From Octopus sinensis (lineage: Eukaryota), in contig NW_021824179.1 of assembly GCF_006345805.1 (NCBI RefSeq), forward strand, positions 1 to 19,619: a stretch of DNA of 19,619 nt. The letters run 5' to 3'. The position numbers and the translations under genes are program-made. Under the pieces are notes generated by a model. The model saw nothing but the letters and a program-made list of their open reading frames with translations. It was not told the origin of the DNA and did no database searches. Shown piece by piece: positions 8,501-19,127 of this stretch. How positions within the stretch are numbered: the first letter of the stretch is position 1; each line of letters starts with the position of its first letter.

Positions 8501-8813
8501 TTGAATGAACTCCCTTGCAAGAAAGGTTATAGAGTAATCTCCCTTTTCTAAGTTTCTCGAAGCATCTGTGTCATGAGACATGATTCTTAATTATTCAAGA
8601 AGCTAAGCGTTTCTCTTGGAAGTTTCTAGAATGTTTAGCGTTCCATTAATAAAAACAGCTTGCTGACCCTGCTCTTCGCTTCTTAGTCAATTAGACTTAG
8701 AATCATTGCTTTGTCCGTCTATTTCTCCACGGCACATGACTGAAAACCACCACCACTTAGCTGTTTTTTCTACATTTTCTGAGATTTAATAATCCTATAT
8801 ATATAATATATAT

Positions 8814-8846
<33 letters not shown>

Positions 8847-8895
8847 GTGTGTATGTATGTATGTATGTATCTATGCATGTATATATGTATATGTA

Positions 8896-9132
8896 TATGT
8901 TTTGTGTGTCTGTGTTTGTCCTCCACAACCGATGTTGGTCCTTGGCAACCGATGTTGGTGTGTTTACGTCCCCGTGACTTAGCGGTTTGGCAAAAGAGAT
9001 CGATAAAATAAGTACTAGGCTTACAAAGAATAAGTACTGGGGTCGATTTGTTCGATTAAAGGCATTGCTCCAGCATGGCCGCAGTCGAATGACTGAAACA
9101 AGTTAAAGAATAAAAGAACGAATAAAAGAATA
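8896..9132 (+). mobile_element. SINE family B, 3' half, preceded by (TA)/(TATG) microsatellite 8795-8895
   Basis: ggtgtgtttacgtcccgtgacttagcgg ... gaatgactgaaacaagttaaagaataaaagaa. Confidence 0.9.
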
Positions 9133-9140
9133 ATATTTAT

Positions 9141-10571
9141 TTAACCCTTGGTCTACCAGAGGAAATGTATGTCACTAATTACCCACCTAATTACCCGATA
9201 TTTTTCTTTTAATTAAATTTCATTCCAACTACCACTATACCTTAGCTATATTATATATGCTTTCAGGTGAATGAAGAATTACTGTTTCTTACAAATTTTA
9301 ATAAAATAATACAGCTTACAGAATTTAAAATAAATGTAAAAAATTACAAAAATACAGAATTACAGCTCTTCATGGTAGTAAATGTTCTTGGAACATTGGA
9401 ATGTTCTTGGCAAACATGGATATTACAATTCTTACATGTAATACGAGTTTTCTTGCCTTTTTTAGGGCCACACATAGAACAGCTGCCTTTTTTCTTTGAC
9501 TGACGAATCTCAAATGAGGTTGAAGATCGTCTTCTCTTCTTGTTTGGTTGAGAAATGTTAGCAGAACTAGAAGATTGTTTGTCATGTTCTTGTTTAACAT
9601 TAATTCCAGGAAGTTCCTTTCCTAACTAAATTAGGCACCGTCTTCTTTTATCCTTGAAGCTTTGCAAGTGAAGCTGTTTTGCAACAATGACAGCATTCAC
9701 TGCACTTATATCAATCTTCGAGTCATTCTTTTGCAAGTGTAGGTCCTTACCATCTTATCTAGGGTATCTACTCCTCCTTTTGTTTTGTTGTAACATGTAA
9801 TAACTTCAGGTTTCTTGAATCAATTGAAGGCTGAGAATACATTGTACTCATAAGTGTGACTATATAATTTTTCTTTGAATAATAAGATAGGATCATAGAA
9901 TCATTTTGAAATTCAAATATTGTGCTGTTGATTTCTCTTTCTTTTCCATTTGTGAAAGCACTTGGAAGTTCAAATCTGTTCTTTCTAATTGTTCCAATTA
10001 AAGTAGTTTTCTTGCTAAGCAGCTTTCGAGCCAATCCTAGACTTGTAAAAAAATCATCCCAAGTTATATTGCAACCAGTATTTTCAAGTTCTTTTATTAG
10101 GTCTTCAACAACTCTTGAACCTTGATTTGTCTCTGGGTCTTTCTAGGTATAAGATGTTTCACTGTCGCATATTGACCAAATTTTAATTCCATATTTACCT
10201 GGTTTTGAAGGAATATATACCTGGAAAGGGAAGCTCCCTCTGAATGAAATACTGCTCTTTCTCATATTTATATTCTCCTGAATGATGATGCAATATTTTG
10301 TAAGAATTGCGTCATCATATAGAAATATTGAATCACCCTTTAACCTAGCATATGGAAGGTGATGCAATACCACACAAATTTACACGAATATTTTCATAAT
10401 TTTTCCGATTTTGTCTAAAATTCAGCAAATAAATTGAATACAATTTTATCTATTTCATATGTGATAAATATCTAGGAAAATAATATTTGATACTGCTTTT
10501 ATTCGGTTTAGAATAACAAGAATATTGTCTGAATTTAAATCGAGGGTCCAATGGACCTATACGGTAATTAA
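9141..10571 (-). mobile_element. Internally deleted, non-autonomous piggyBac-like DNA transposon
   Basis: Minus-strand remnants: SFRGSFPFQVYIPSKPGKYGIKIWSICDSETSY, GCNITWDDFFTSL, LIGTIRKNRFELP, YNKTKGGVDTLDKMV, and the Cys-rich tail CSMCGPKKGKKTRITCKNCNIHVCQEH. TTAA-CCC at 9141-9147. The other end (near 10570) is degenerate. Confidence 0.88.
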
Positions 10572-11037
10572 TGTATAAAGTGAATTTTTCCCGTTTTTAT
10601 AAACATACGGAAAATTTTTCATTTGACAAATAAAAGAGAGTCAAGAAAAAATAAGTCACAAGAAATCAGCAAGATCAAATAATACTGAGGCGGGAAGAAT
10701 TTGGCTGTCACCACTCAGGCTGGTGTACCCCAGAGCATTAATACATCTCACTATTCCAGGGCAGACACTGCCGACATGACGGAAGTAAGGCCTTGATTAA
10801 ATGGTAACTTCGCTTGCATTATGTGGAATAAATAAAATGCAATTTATCTTATTTTCAATGGTTTGTACAATTTAGGGTTTAGATGAAGAAACCAAAAATA
10901 AATAAACTGAAACGCTTGGCTGTGAATATCCCATAATTCATTGTTTTCTCGAGATACCACCGAAAAGTGACACAACAAAATTTGTTTCAACGCACGAATT
11001 CACATAAAGAATCTTGCAAACTAGATGCAGAAATGAA

Positions 11038-11122
11038 GTATGTATGTATGTATGTATGTATGTATGTATGTATGTATGTATGTATGTATGTATGTATGTA
11101 TGTATGTATGTATGTGTATATG

Positions 11123-11156
<34 letters not shown>

Positions 11157-11166
11157 ATATATATAT

Positions 11167-11217
<51 letters not shown>
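11038..11217. repeat. Compound (TATG)n-(TA)n-(GA)n microsatellite
   Basis: Direct reading. Confidence 0.97.
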
Positions 11218-11220
<3 letters not shown>

Positions 11221-11224
<4 letters not shown>

Positions 11225-11410
11225 TGAAATTTACAGAAAACAAAAGACGAAGACATGTGTATAAACAACAAGCAGGTGTATTAGTTTGACGCTTGGGAAA
11301 GTGAGAAAGTCTTTTACGTTTCGAGTCTACGCTCTTCGATAGAAAGGAACACGATGAAATAAAAAGAGAGAATAGAAAAACCTTTTGGAGTTAGCTGTCA
11401 ATCATGGCGA
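11221..11410 (-). mobile_element. Penelope-like terminal-repeat remnant containing a degenerate minimal hammerhead motif
   Basis: Homologous to 4359-4442. Minus strand 11346-11311 reads cttt-CTATCGA-A-GAG(cgtaga)CTC-GAAAC-GTA-aaag. The association of minimal hammerheads with Penelope-like elements is established knowledge. Confidence 0.6.
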
Positions 11411-11489
11411 CTAGTTGGACAAAGATAGACAAGAGAGCTAGGAAGAAGGGGAGATAATAAAGTACTGGTGATCCCAAAATGAAGTTGCG

Positions 11490-11685
11490 CGTGCGTGTGT
11501 GTATGTGAGAATGTGTGTGTGCGTGTGGATAGGCGCTGGTGACTTTGACGTGTGGATGCGTGTGTGTGTAAGTGTGTATGTGTGTCTGTAATGTGTGGGT
11601 GTGTGGATGATGCTGTGGGTGCTGAGAAGTGGTCAGTGCTAGTGTGTGCGGAGTTGTGTGGGGTGGCGTGATGTGGTGTGGTGCT
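11490..11685. repeat. Degenerate (GT)-rich low-complexity tract
   Basis: Direct reading. Confidence 0.9.
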
Positions 11686-11691
11686 TTATAT

Positions 11692-11937
11692 ATGTACATT
11701 CTCGTCACTTCCATTCACCTTTCAGCAAACTGGCCAGAAGGTAGCATTTCCCTCTCAACCCTTATTTTCCTTTTCAAGTGAAATTTGAAAAAAGTTGATC
11801 AGGGATTGGCCGAAGGGAAAAGTGTTTGTCTTCAGCCCCTTCAATCTCGTCCACCATACAACCTCTTTCGCCATGGCCCCAGGCATATAAACACAGCCTT
11901 TCCATCCCGGTTAAAGGAAGGCGGCGGGACGATGTCC
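11692..11937 (-). mobile_element. Tx1/L1-like ORF2 extreme C-terminal fragment
   Basis: With two frameshifts it reads IVPPPSFNRDGKAVFICL / AMAKEVVWWTRLKGLKTNTFPFGQSLINF / FKFHLKRKIRVEREMLPSGQFAER*MEVTRM. Homologous to 6160-6390. Confidence 0.8.
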
Positions 11938-12183
<246 letters not shown>

Positions 12184-12184
12184 G

Positions 12185-12619
12185 AGCATCCCCTGTGATC
12201 ATAATATATCAGCGAAAGAGTTTGACAAGCTCAGAAAATATAAAGACCTACTCATTGAAATTGAGAAAATATGGCATCTCAAGGCGGTTACAATACCAGT
12301 GATCGTAGGAGCACTAGGAATGATCAAGAAGGGAACCGAAAATTATATGAGAATGATCCCTGGCTTACCATCCCTGCAAGAAGTGCAAAAGATTGTCTTA
12401 ACTGGTACATCACACGTATTGAGAAGAGCATTGTCGATGTGAGAATTATTACTACCCATGTATTTTAATTTAACTTAAAAAAAAAATGAACGAACTATTG
12501 AGTTTAGTTTCATGGCCTACCAATGTATACTATGAGTTTCTTTGCCCTAGGAGTCGGGAAGACACTCGGAAAGAAATGGAAGCAAATTTGAAAGAAGAAA
12601 AAAAAAATAATAATAATAA
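12185..12619 (+). mobile_element. 5'-truncated non-LTR retrotransposon with a restriction-like endonuclease C-terminus (R4/Dong-type), plus 3' UTR and (TAA)n tail
   Basis: Uninterrupted 85-codon frame 12185-12442, absent from the ORF track: SIPCDHNISAKEFDKLRKYKDLLIEIEKIWHLKAVTIPVIVGALGMIKK...LTGTSHVLRRALSM*. This matches the KExxKxxKYxDL...IPVIVGALG RLE signature. (TAA)n lies on both sides. Confidence 0.85.
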
Positions 12620-12747
12620 ATTAATAGAAAATAATGCAGATTTGTACAAGAGATAAAACAGGTGTTTTTGCAGACAATATTGTTAGAAAATTTATTGAAA
12701 ATCATTGTTGTATCAATAAACTTTAGACTTCATCATTGATTAGAACG

Positions 12748-12786
<39 letters not shown>

Positions 12787-13010
12787 TCACCATTACTATA
12801 ACAACCGTCAACGACACCGCCTAACTACCACTGCTGCTATTACTACCGCCACCACCACTACAACTACTAATGATACTTATCACCTCTACCACTAAGACTC
12901 GCTACGGCCACAACAACCATCGGTACTAGCACACTTACATACGTACAAACAATACCACCAAAACCACCACCACCACCACCACCGCCGCCGCCGCCATCAC
13001 TACCACCATG
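12748..13010. repeat. (CTA)n/(CAC)n trinucleotide low-complexity tract
   Basis: Direct reading. Confidence 0.92.
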
Positions 13011-13022
13011 TCTATGGCTACT

Positions 13023-13405
13023 TGGAAGCACTCCGTCGGTTACGACGACGAAGGTTCCGGTTGATCCGAATCAACGGAACAGCCTGCACGTGAAATTAAC
13101 GTGTAAGTGGCTGAGTACTCCACAGACACGTGTACCCTTAACGTAGTTCTCGGGGATATTCAGCGTAACACAGAGAGTGACAAGGCCGGCCCTTTGAAAT
13201 ACAAGGTACAACAGAAACAGGAAGTAAGAGTGAGAGAAAGTTGTGGTGAAAGAGTACATCAGGGATCACCACCCCCTGCCGGAGCCTCGTGGAGCTTTAG
13301 GTGTTTTCGCTCAATAAACACTCACAACGCCCGGTCTGGGAATCGAAACCTCGATCCTATGACTGCGAGTCCGCTGCCCTAACCACTGGGCCATTGCGCC
13401 TCCAC
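13023..13405 (-). mobile_element. Full-length tRNA-derived SINE, family C, with TSD
   Basis: Minus-strand head GGAGGCGCAATGGCCCAGTGGTTAGG ... GGTTTCGATTCCC (A and B boxes). TSD ctatggctact (13012-13022) / ctatgactact (13406-13416), 10/11 identical. Confidence 0.9.
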
Positions 13406-13431
13406 CTATGACTACTAACGACATCAACGCT

Positions 13432-13541
13432 GGTAGTGCTGGCAGTGGTCGTGATGATGATGACAATGATGATGGTGGTGGTGGTGGTGCTGATGATGGT
13501 TGTGGTGCTGGTGATTGTGATGGTGAGGGTGTTGTTGTTGT

Positions 13542-13579
<38 letters not shown>

Positions 13580-13648
13580 ATGGTGGTGGTGGTGGTGGTG
13601 GTTGTTGTGATGATTGTGGTTGTGGTGGTGGTGGTCATGGTGATTTAG

Positions 13649-13684
<36 letters not shown>

Positions 13685-13695
13685 CGATGATAATA

Positions 13696-13740
<45 letters not shown>

Positions 13741-13790
13741 GTTGTGGTGAGGATGATGATGATGATAATAATGATGGTTGAGGTGGTGAT
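13432..13790. repeat. (GAT)n/(GGT)n trinucleotide low-complexity tract
   Basis: Direct reading. It produces the poly-D/M/V ORFs. Confidence 0.95.
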
Positions 13791-13980
13791 ATGTCCCTGA
13801 AATCAGGCCCTTTCCCGCAGCAACATGTAACCGTACAGCCCCCGAAAAATCAGGTCATCCGTGATTAACCAAGACAACCCAGTTCATGGTGGGCAGGGTG
13901 GGGGTGCGTTGAGGTTAACCCAGTAACCCTAAAAACAACTGCTGTCAAAATGGTGGCCCAGGCTGGAATCACTCCGTCAC

Positions 13981-13982
<2 letters not shown>

Positions 13983-14018
<36 letters not shown>
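13983..14018. repeat. (GA)n microsatellite
   Basis: Direct reading. Confidence 0.98.
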
Positions 14019-14022
<4 letters not shown>

Positions 14023-14249
14023 CTTCAAGGTGGACCGTGACCAACTGCAGCACCAGCATCTGTCTCTAATCCGACATGCCATTAGTGACCCTCACCTGCA
14101 ACGGTTGAATTATGGATATAGGGTGATTCGAGAAATAACGACGGTGGGGATCGAACTGGCGACGCTTTTTCCAAACTTATCCAACGCATTAAGGAATTCC
14201 ACCTCAAACTACCATCGTGTTGAATGTTACGGCACTCTGGCTAATGTGA

Positions 14250-14334
14250 GTGGTGGTGGTAGTTGTAGTGGTGGATAATGGTGGTGGTAGTGGTTGTGGC
14301 AGTGGTGGTGGTAGTGATTGCGGTGATTGTGGCA

Positions 14335-14371
<37 letters not shown>

Positions 14372-14390
14372 CATATGTATATATATATAT

Positions 14391-14435
<45 letters not shown>

Positions 14436-14755
14436 GTGGTGGTGGTGGTAGTAGTGGTGGTAGTTGTGATGGTGGTGATAGTAATGGTAGCGGTGGTGGT
14501 TGTGGTAGAAGAGAGGTGATAGTGGTGGGAGTGATGGTGGCGGTAGTAGTGCTGGAGTTGGTGATGGCAGTGGTGGTAGTGGTAGAGTTAGTGGTGGTGG
14601 TAGTAGCGGTGGCGGTTCTGGTGGTTGTGGCTGCAGTGGTAGTGGTGGGGGTGATGGTGGTGGCAGTAGTGGTGGTGTTGGTGATGTTAGTGATGGTAGT
14701 GGTTGTAGATGAGGTGGTAGTGGCGGTGATGGTATTGGTAGTAGTATTAGTGGTG
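14250..14755. repeat. (GGT)/(AGT) degenerate tract interrupted by (TA)/(CA) microsatellite at about 14336-14430
   Basis: Direct reading. Confidence 0.93.
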
Positions 14756-14877
14756 TTAGGTCATCTAATTATGTGGTAGCTATCACAAGTAAATATCTTT
14801 TAAAGTGAATTTTATTGGAAGTCGACCATTGACGAAAAAGAAAACACAAACTTCTTAAGACTGGAATCATACAACAG

Positions 14878-15061
14878 GGTTGTTGTTGTTGTTGTAGCTG
14901 TTGTTGTTGTTGTTCTTCTTCTTGTTCTTCTTTTCCTCCTCCTCCTTTTCTCCTCCTCCTGCTTTGCTTCCTTCTAAATACAAACCTGTTTCTACGTGTG
15001 TGTGTGTGTGTATGTGTGTATGTGTGTATATACATATGTGTTTATACGCACGGTGTGTATG

Positions 15062-15107
<46 letters not shown>

Positions 15108-15440
15108 TATAATATATATATATTACATATAAACATATGTATGTTACTCTATGTGTGTGTGTGTGTGCACACACATATAGACAGATAAAGATATGTAGAA
15201 TATACATATATAGATTTGCACACAGACACATATACACACGTATGCACGTACGAGTATGTATGAGTGTATGCATCTACGTGCATAATTTACGTACGTATGC
15301 ATGCATGCATGCACGTATGTATGTGTGTGCGTGTGGGGTGGATGGGCACACATACATGCGTGTCTCTGTATAAATACCACACATATACACATGAATAAAT
15401 GTACATACGTGCGCGTGTATGAACGCGTGTGCATATTTAT
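14878..15440. repeat. (TTG)/(TTC)/(CCT) tract followed by degenerate (GT)/(TA)/(CA)/(TATG) alternating purine-pyrimidine repeats
   Basis: Direct reading. Confidence 0.9.
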
Positions 15441-15668
15441 GTGCGTTCTATATAGAATTCTTAATAAAAAAATTCAATTTAGTCTTTAATAAAAAAAATG
15501 AACTCACACTAAAGATGAAACTAAAAATTTATATAAATATATAAAAAAAACACCTGTCATGGAACCTGACAAATCTTGACTTCTGTGGGATTTTTTTCTA
15601 ATTAAAAAAACAAATTGGTTGTGATTTGTTTTATAGTATAGAATTTGTTATTTATTCCTATGTAAATA

Positions 15669-15978
15669 CCTCCATCACCATCTCGTTCGCCTTCTCCTCC
15701 GCTGCCTGGCTCGTCGTCTCCTCCACCGTCTCGTTCACCTCCTTTCCCTCCGCTGCATCGTTCGTCGTTTCCTCCGCCGTCTAGTTCGTCGTCTCCCCCG
15801 GCTTCGTCGGTCGCCATCTCCTCCGCCGGCTCGTTCATTGTCTCCTCCGCCGCCGCCTCGGTCGCCGTCTCCTCCGCCACTTCGTTCGTTGTGTCCCCCG
15901 CTTTTCCGGTAGCTTTCTCCTCCTCCGCCTCTTTCGTCGTCTCCTCCTCCGCCGCCTCGTTCGTCGTCTTCTCCTCCC
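15669..15978. repeat. GC/CpG-rich minisatellite with a 24-27 bp unit (ctcgttcgtcgtctcctccgccgc), about 12 degenerate copies
   Basis: The unit is visible at 15944-15970 and repeats leftwards. The minus strand translates as TNEAAEET or DERGGGGD depending on frame. Confidence 0.85.
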
Positions 15979-16100
15979 TCTCTGTCAAACGAAACCAATT
16001 AAATGGCAACGGGATTGTTACTCTTGATGTTGTAAGGGTGATTATTTACTTATTTTGGTGTGACACCTTACTTTTTAGATTGGCACAATTTGAGGGTTCG

Positions 16101-16103
<3 letters not shown>

Positions 16104-16188
<85 letters not shown>
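16104..16188. repeat. (GA)n microsatellite
   Basis: Direct reading. Confidence 0.98.
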
Positions 16189-16190
<2 letters not shown>

Positions 16191-16501
16191 CGAGTACTAA
16201 TAATAAAATGGATACTAAAGTTTATATGCCAACAGAATGTGGCAGCCCTATAAAGGACGACGTTACTGTTATTTTAGCCCCAGGAAAACATCTTTTCCAG
16301 CTGGCCATCGACACAGTTTGTGTCCGTATAGTGCTTGCAAGGGAGGTCATCGCTTCCATCTCCATCTAATCTTACGTGATACTCATAGAGCTAGGTCTCT
16401 GGATGGCTATCTGTCCTCAGTGTAAGAAAATCACAAGCTAGCGACGAAAGCTCTCTTCACTCGCAAATACTATATATTCTTTAAGCGACACACAGTCGCT
16501 G

Positions 16502-16502
<1 letters not shown>

Positions 16503-16568
<66 letters not shown>

Positions 16569-16609
16569 CATCCATCCATCCATCCATCCATCCATCCATC
16601 CATCCATCC

Positions 16610-16663
<54 letters not shown>
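16503..16663. repeat. (TCTA)n-(TCCA)n-(TCTA)n compound tetranucleotide repeat
   Basis: Direct reading. Confidence 0.98.
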
Positions 16664-16664
<1 letters not shown>

Positions 16665-16705
16665 AACATATATGCATACATATATTTATGTGTGTGTGTA
16701 TATAT

Positions 16706-16928
16706 CTCTTTTACTCTTTTACTTGTTTCAGTCATTTGACTGTGGTCATGCTGGAGTACTGCCTTTAGTCGAGCATATCGACCCCAGGACTTATTCTTTG
16801 TAAACCTAGTACTTATTCTATTGGTCTTTTGCCGAACCACTAATTTACGGGGACGGAAACACAAGAGCATCGGTTGTCAAGCGATATTGGTAAGGACAAA
16901 CAAAGACACACAAACACACACACACACA

Positions 16929-16983
<55 letters not shown>

Positions 16984-17137
16984 CATATATACGACGGGCT
17001 TCTTTCAGTTTCTGTATACCAAATCCACTCACAAGGCTTTGGTTGGCCCGAGGCTATAGTAGAAGACACTTGCCCAAGGTGCCACGCAGTAGGACTGAAC
17101 CCGGAACCATGTGCTTCGTAAGCAAGCTCCTTACACA
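16706..17137 (-). mobile_element. SINE family B, near full length
   Basis: Reverse complement of the 7691 head (ggcaccttgggcaagtgtcttct), an internal (TA)/(GT) tract, and a complete 3' half ending aaacaagtaaaagagtaaaagaga. Confidence 0.93.
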
Positions 17138-17454
17138 CACGTATACACATCTATGCATATATATGTATACTCGTACTCTCTTGGGGTGCACGGATCAAAC
17201 AGTTTTCCTTGGTCTTTGCAGACGTGAATTGGCCTCTTCTCAGTACACACGATTTGTATCCGATGTTTTCCTGTACCGCAATTCCGTTTGTTCACTCCGA
17301 CACCTGAAGTTCTCTGATGATAGCCATCATTGATTTTCCGACAGCATAATCGATTATGCTTTGAACCTGTTGGAAGGGTTGTGGAGTCTTTATAGTTTCC
17401 GAACGTTTAAAATGTTTATTTTTTCTTTTTGTTACAATTGAAATATTCCCGCCA

Positions 17455-17995
17455 TTGAAATTTTTTCCCACGAGAGTTCTGGACCCCCAATTTTGAACTC
17501 ATTTGCATACAGCCAGAGCTCAACTATCTAACTTATGAACGCATAGCAAGTGATGGGCGATAAGGTAAGGTCACTTGGATAAGGAATGACCTTGCTTCTT
17601 TTCACTTTGAAGAATGCTTGTTGTTCTTGTTCTTGTTTCAACCATGGCTGCCTCTGCGTAGTTATTTGTGTTGTTGTTTATTTTTTAAAATAGTAAGGGG
17701 GAGGGTTGCTAGTATATCACCCTCTACCCACATTTTCCCATCCACATCTTTACCATGTGGGGCCCTAACAAAATCCGATAATAGGTCTAGATGCAAATCT
17801 ATCTACTTTCTTGTCTCTTTCTAAAATCAGACATAACTTAGCGGTCGGTCAACTTACAACACTGTACTTCGTCGAGTTTACTTGGTAGAGTGTGTTTATT
17901 AACTTGACAACAAGGTGAAGGTGAGCTCTGATTGGTTGTATGCAAACGAGTTCAATACTGGGGTCCGGAAATCACATGGGGAAAAAAAATTTCGC
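17455..17995. mobile_element. 541-bp non-autonomous TIR element with a 9-bp TSD (Mutator-like by TSD length)
   Basis: TSD ttcccgcca at 17446-17454 and 17996-18004. TIRs 17457-17521 and 17923-17993 (56 matches, 8 mismatches plus small gaps). Confidence 0.85.
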
Positions 17996-18210
17996 TTCCC
18001 GCCAAAGTCTTCCAATTCCGTCCGAATTTTATATACAAAAGATCTTGCAACATTTACAAAGTTAGCAGTTTCTAAATTGCTGTATTCTGCGTAAATGGCA
18101 AAAAAGACTATGCTTTTTCATTTCCTGTGCTAGCATTTTATCTGCCATGGGGCATCTGACAGAAATGAACAAAATGTTTTATCCTGTTTAAACCATCGTC
18201 AGGACATACC

Positions 18211-18417
18211 TATTTCTTTACTACACACAAGGGGCTAAACACAGAGGGGACGAACAAGGACAGACAAACGGTTTAAGTCGATTATATCAACCCCAGTGCG
18301 TAACTGGTACCCCGAAAGGATGAAAGGCCGGCGGAATTTGAACTCACAACGTAGCGGCTGACGAAATACTGCTAAGCATTTTGCCCGGTGTGCTAACGTT
18401 TCTGCCATCTCGCCGCC
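18211..18417 (-). mobile_element. SINE family A, tail type 1, with a 10-bp TSD and two internal deletions
   Basis: TSD aggacatacc at 18201-18210 and 18418-18427. Head ggcggcgagatggcagaaacgttagc, tail ending gtagtaaagaaata. Confidence 0.93.
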
Positions 18418-18902
18418 AGGACATACCAGCACAAGGTTTTTACACTATTGTCATGGACTGACAATTCTGCTCGCCTCCAATATGGTTTAAGTATGCAATG
18501 TTGATAAACAACGAAAATGGCGAAACAGCGATGTCTATCGATCCTGAATGGGATTTGTGGTAAGTTGTCTCGCCTAAGACTTTCAAGTGTTTTAACATCT
18601 GTCGTTGGGAGAGAGTCGTCTCCACCGCGTCAAATCGCAGCCTACCGGCGAACAAGCTGATAACATACATTGGGTATGCGTGTTCGATAATATATATATA
18701 TATATATTTGTAAGTAGTAAGAGATTACTCCAAACATTTACCGGTTTGCTCTCAGGTATTCAAAGCAGGTCATTTAACAGTTAATATATAAATCCAATAA
18801 TGTTCTTATAAGATAAGAATTTAGATATATTCTGTTGGATAATTCTGAATATAGGTTTCCTGGAGTATATATGTGCGCGCGCGGGTGTGTGTATGTGTGT
18901 GT

Positions 18903-19127
18903 GTGTGTGTGTCTGTGTGTGTTCCCAATCACTGCTTGACAACCGGTGTTGGGGTGTTTACGTCCCCGTAACATAGCACTTGAAGCAAAGAAGCTGGTAA
19001 AATAAGTGTCGAGATTTAAAGAAAAAAGTACTTGTGCCGACTCGGTCAACTGAAATCCTCCGAGTCGGTGCCCCAGTATGGCCGCAGTCCAATGACTGAA
19101 ACAAGTAAAAGATAAAAAAAATAAGAG
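18903..19127 (+). mobile_element. SINE family B, 3' half, diverged, preceded by (GT)n
   Basis: ggtgtttacgtccccgtaac ... ggccgcagtccaatgactgaaacaagtaaaagataaaa. Confidence 0.85.

Larger units (their letters stand above)
17180..18482 (-). mobile_element. Tc1/mariner-superfamily transposon 5' part (HTH region, maT/DD37D-like by recall), split by two nested insertions
   Basis: ATG at 18148: MADKMLAQEMKKHS / AIYAEYSNLETANFVNVARSFVYKIRTELEDFGG. It resumes at 17454 with GGNISIVTKRK.KHFKRSETIKTPQPFQQVQSIID..GKSMMAIIRELQVSE*...IGYKSCVLRRGQFTSAKTKENCLIR. The 5' end near the TA at 18481 is tentative. Confidence 0.8.

Noticed and set aside
13962-13978. 14/15 match (tggaatcactccgtc) to the family C SINE 3' end
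   Set aside because: No continuation of homology on either side, so it may be chance.
14135-14200. B-box-like CCAGTTCGATCCCCAC on the minus strand
   Set aside because: No convincing A box or body, so it is too degraded to call a SINE.
15602-16009. 135-aa acidic protein as a CDS
   Set aside because: TTG start, mid-ORF change of repeat frame, and openness explained by a stop-free minisatellite unit.
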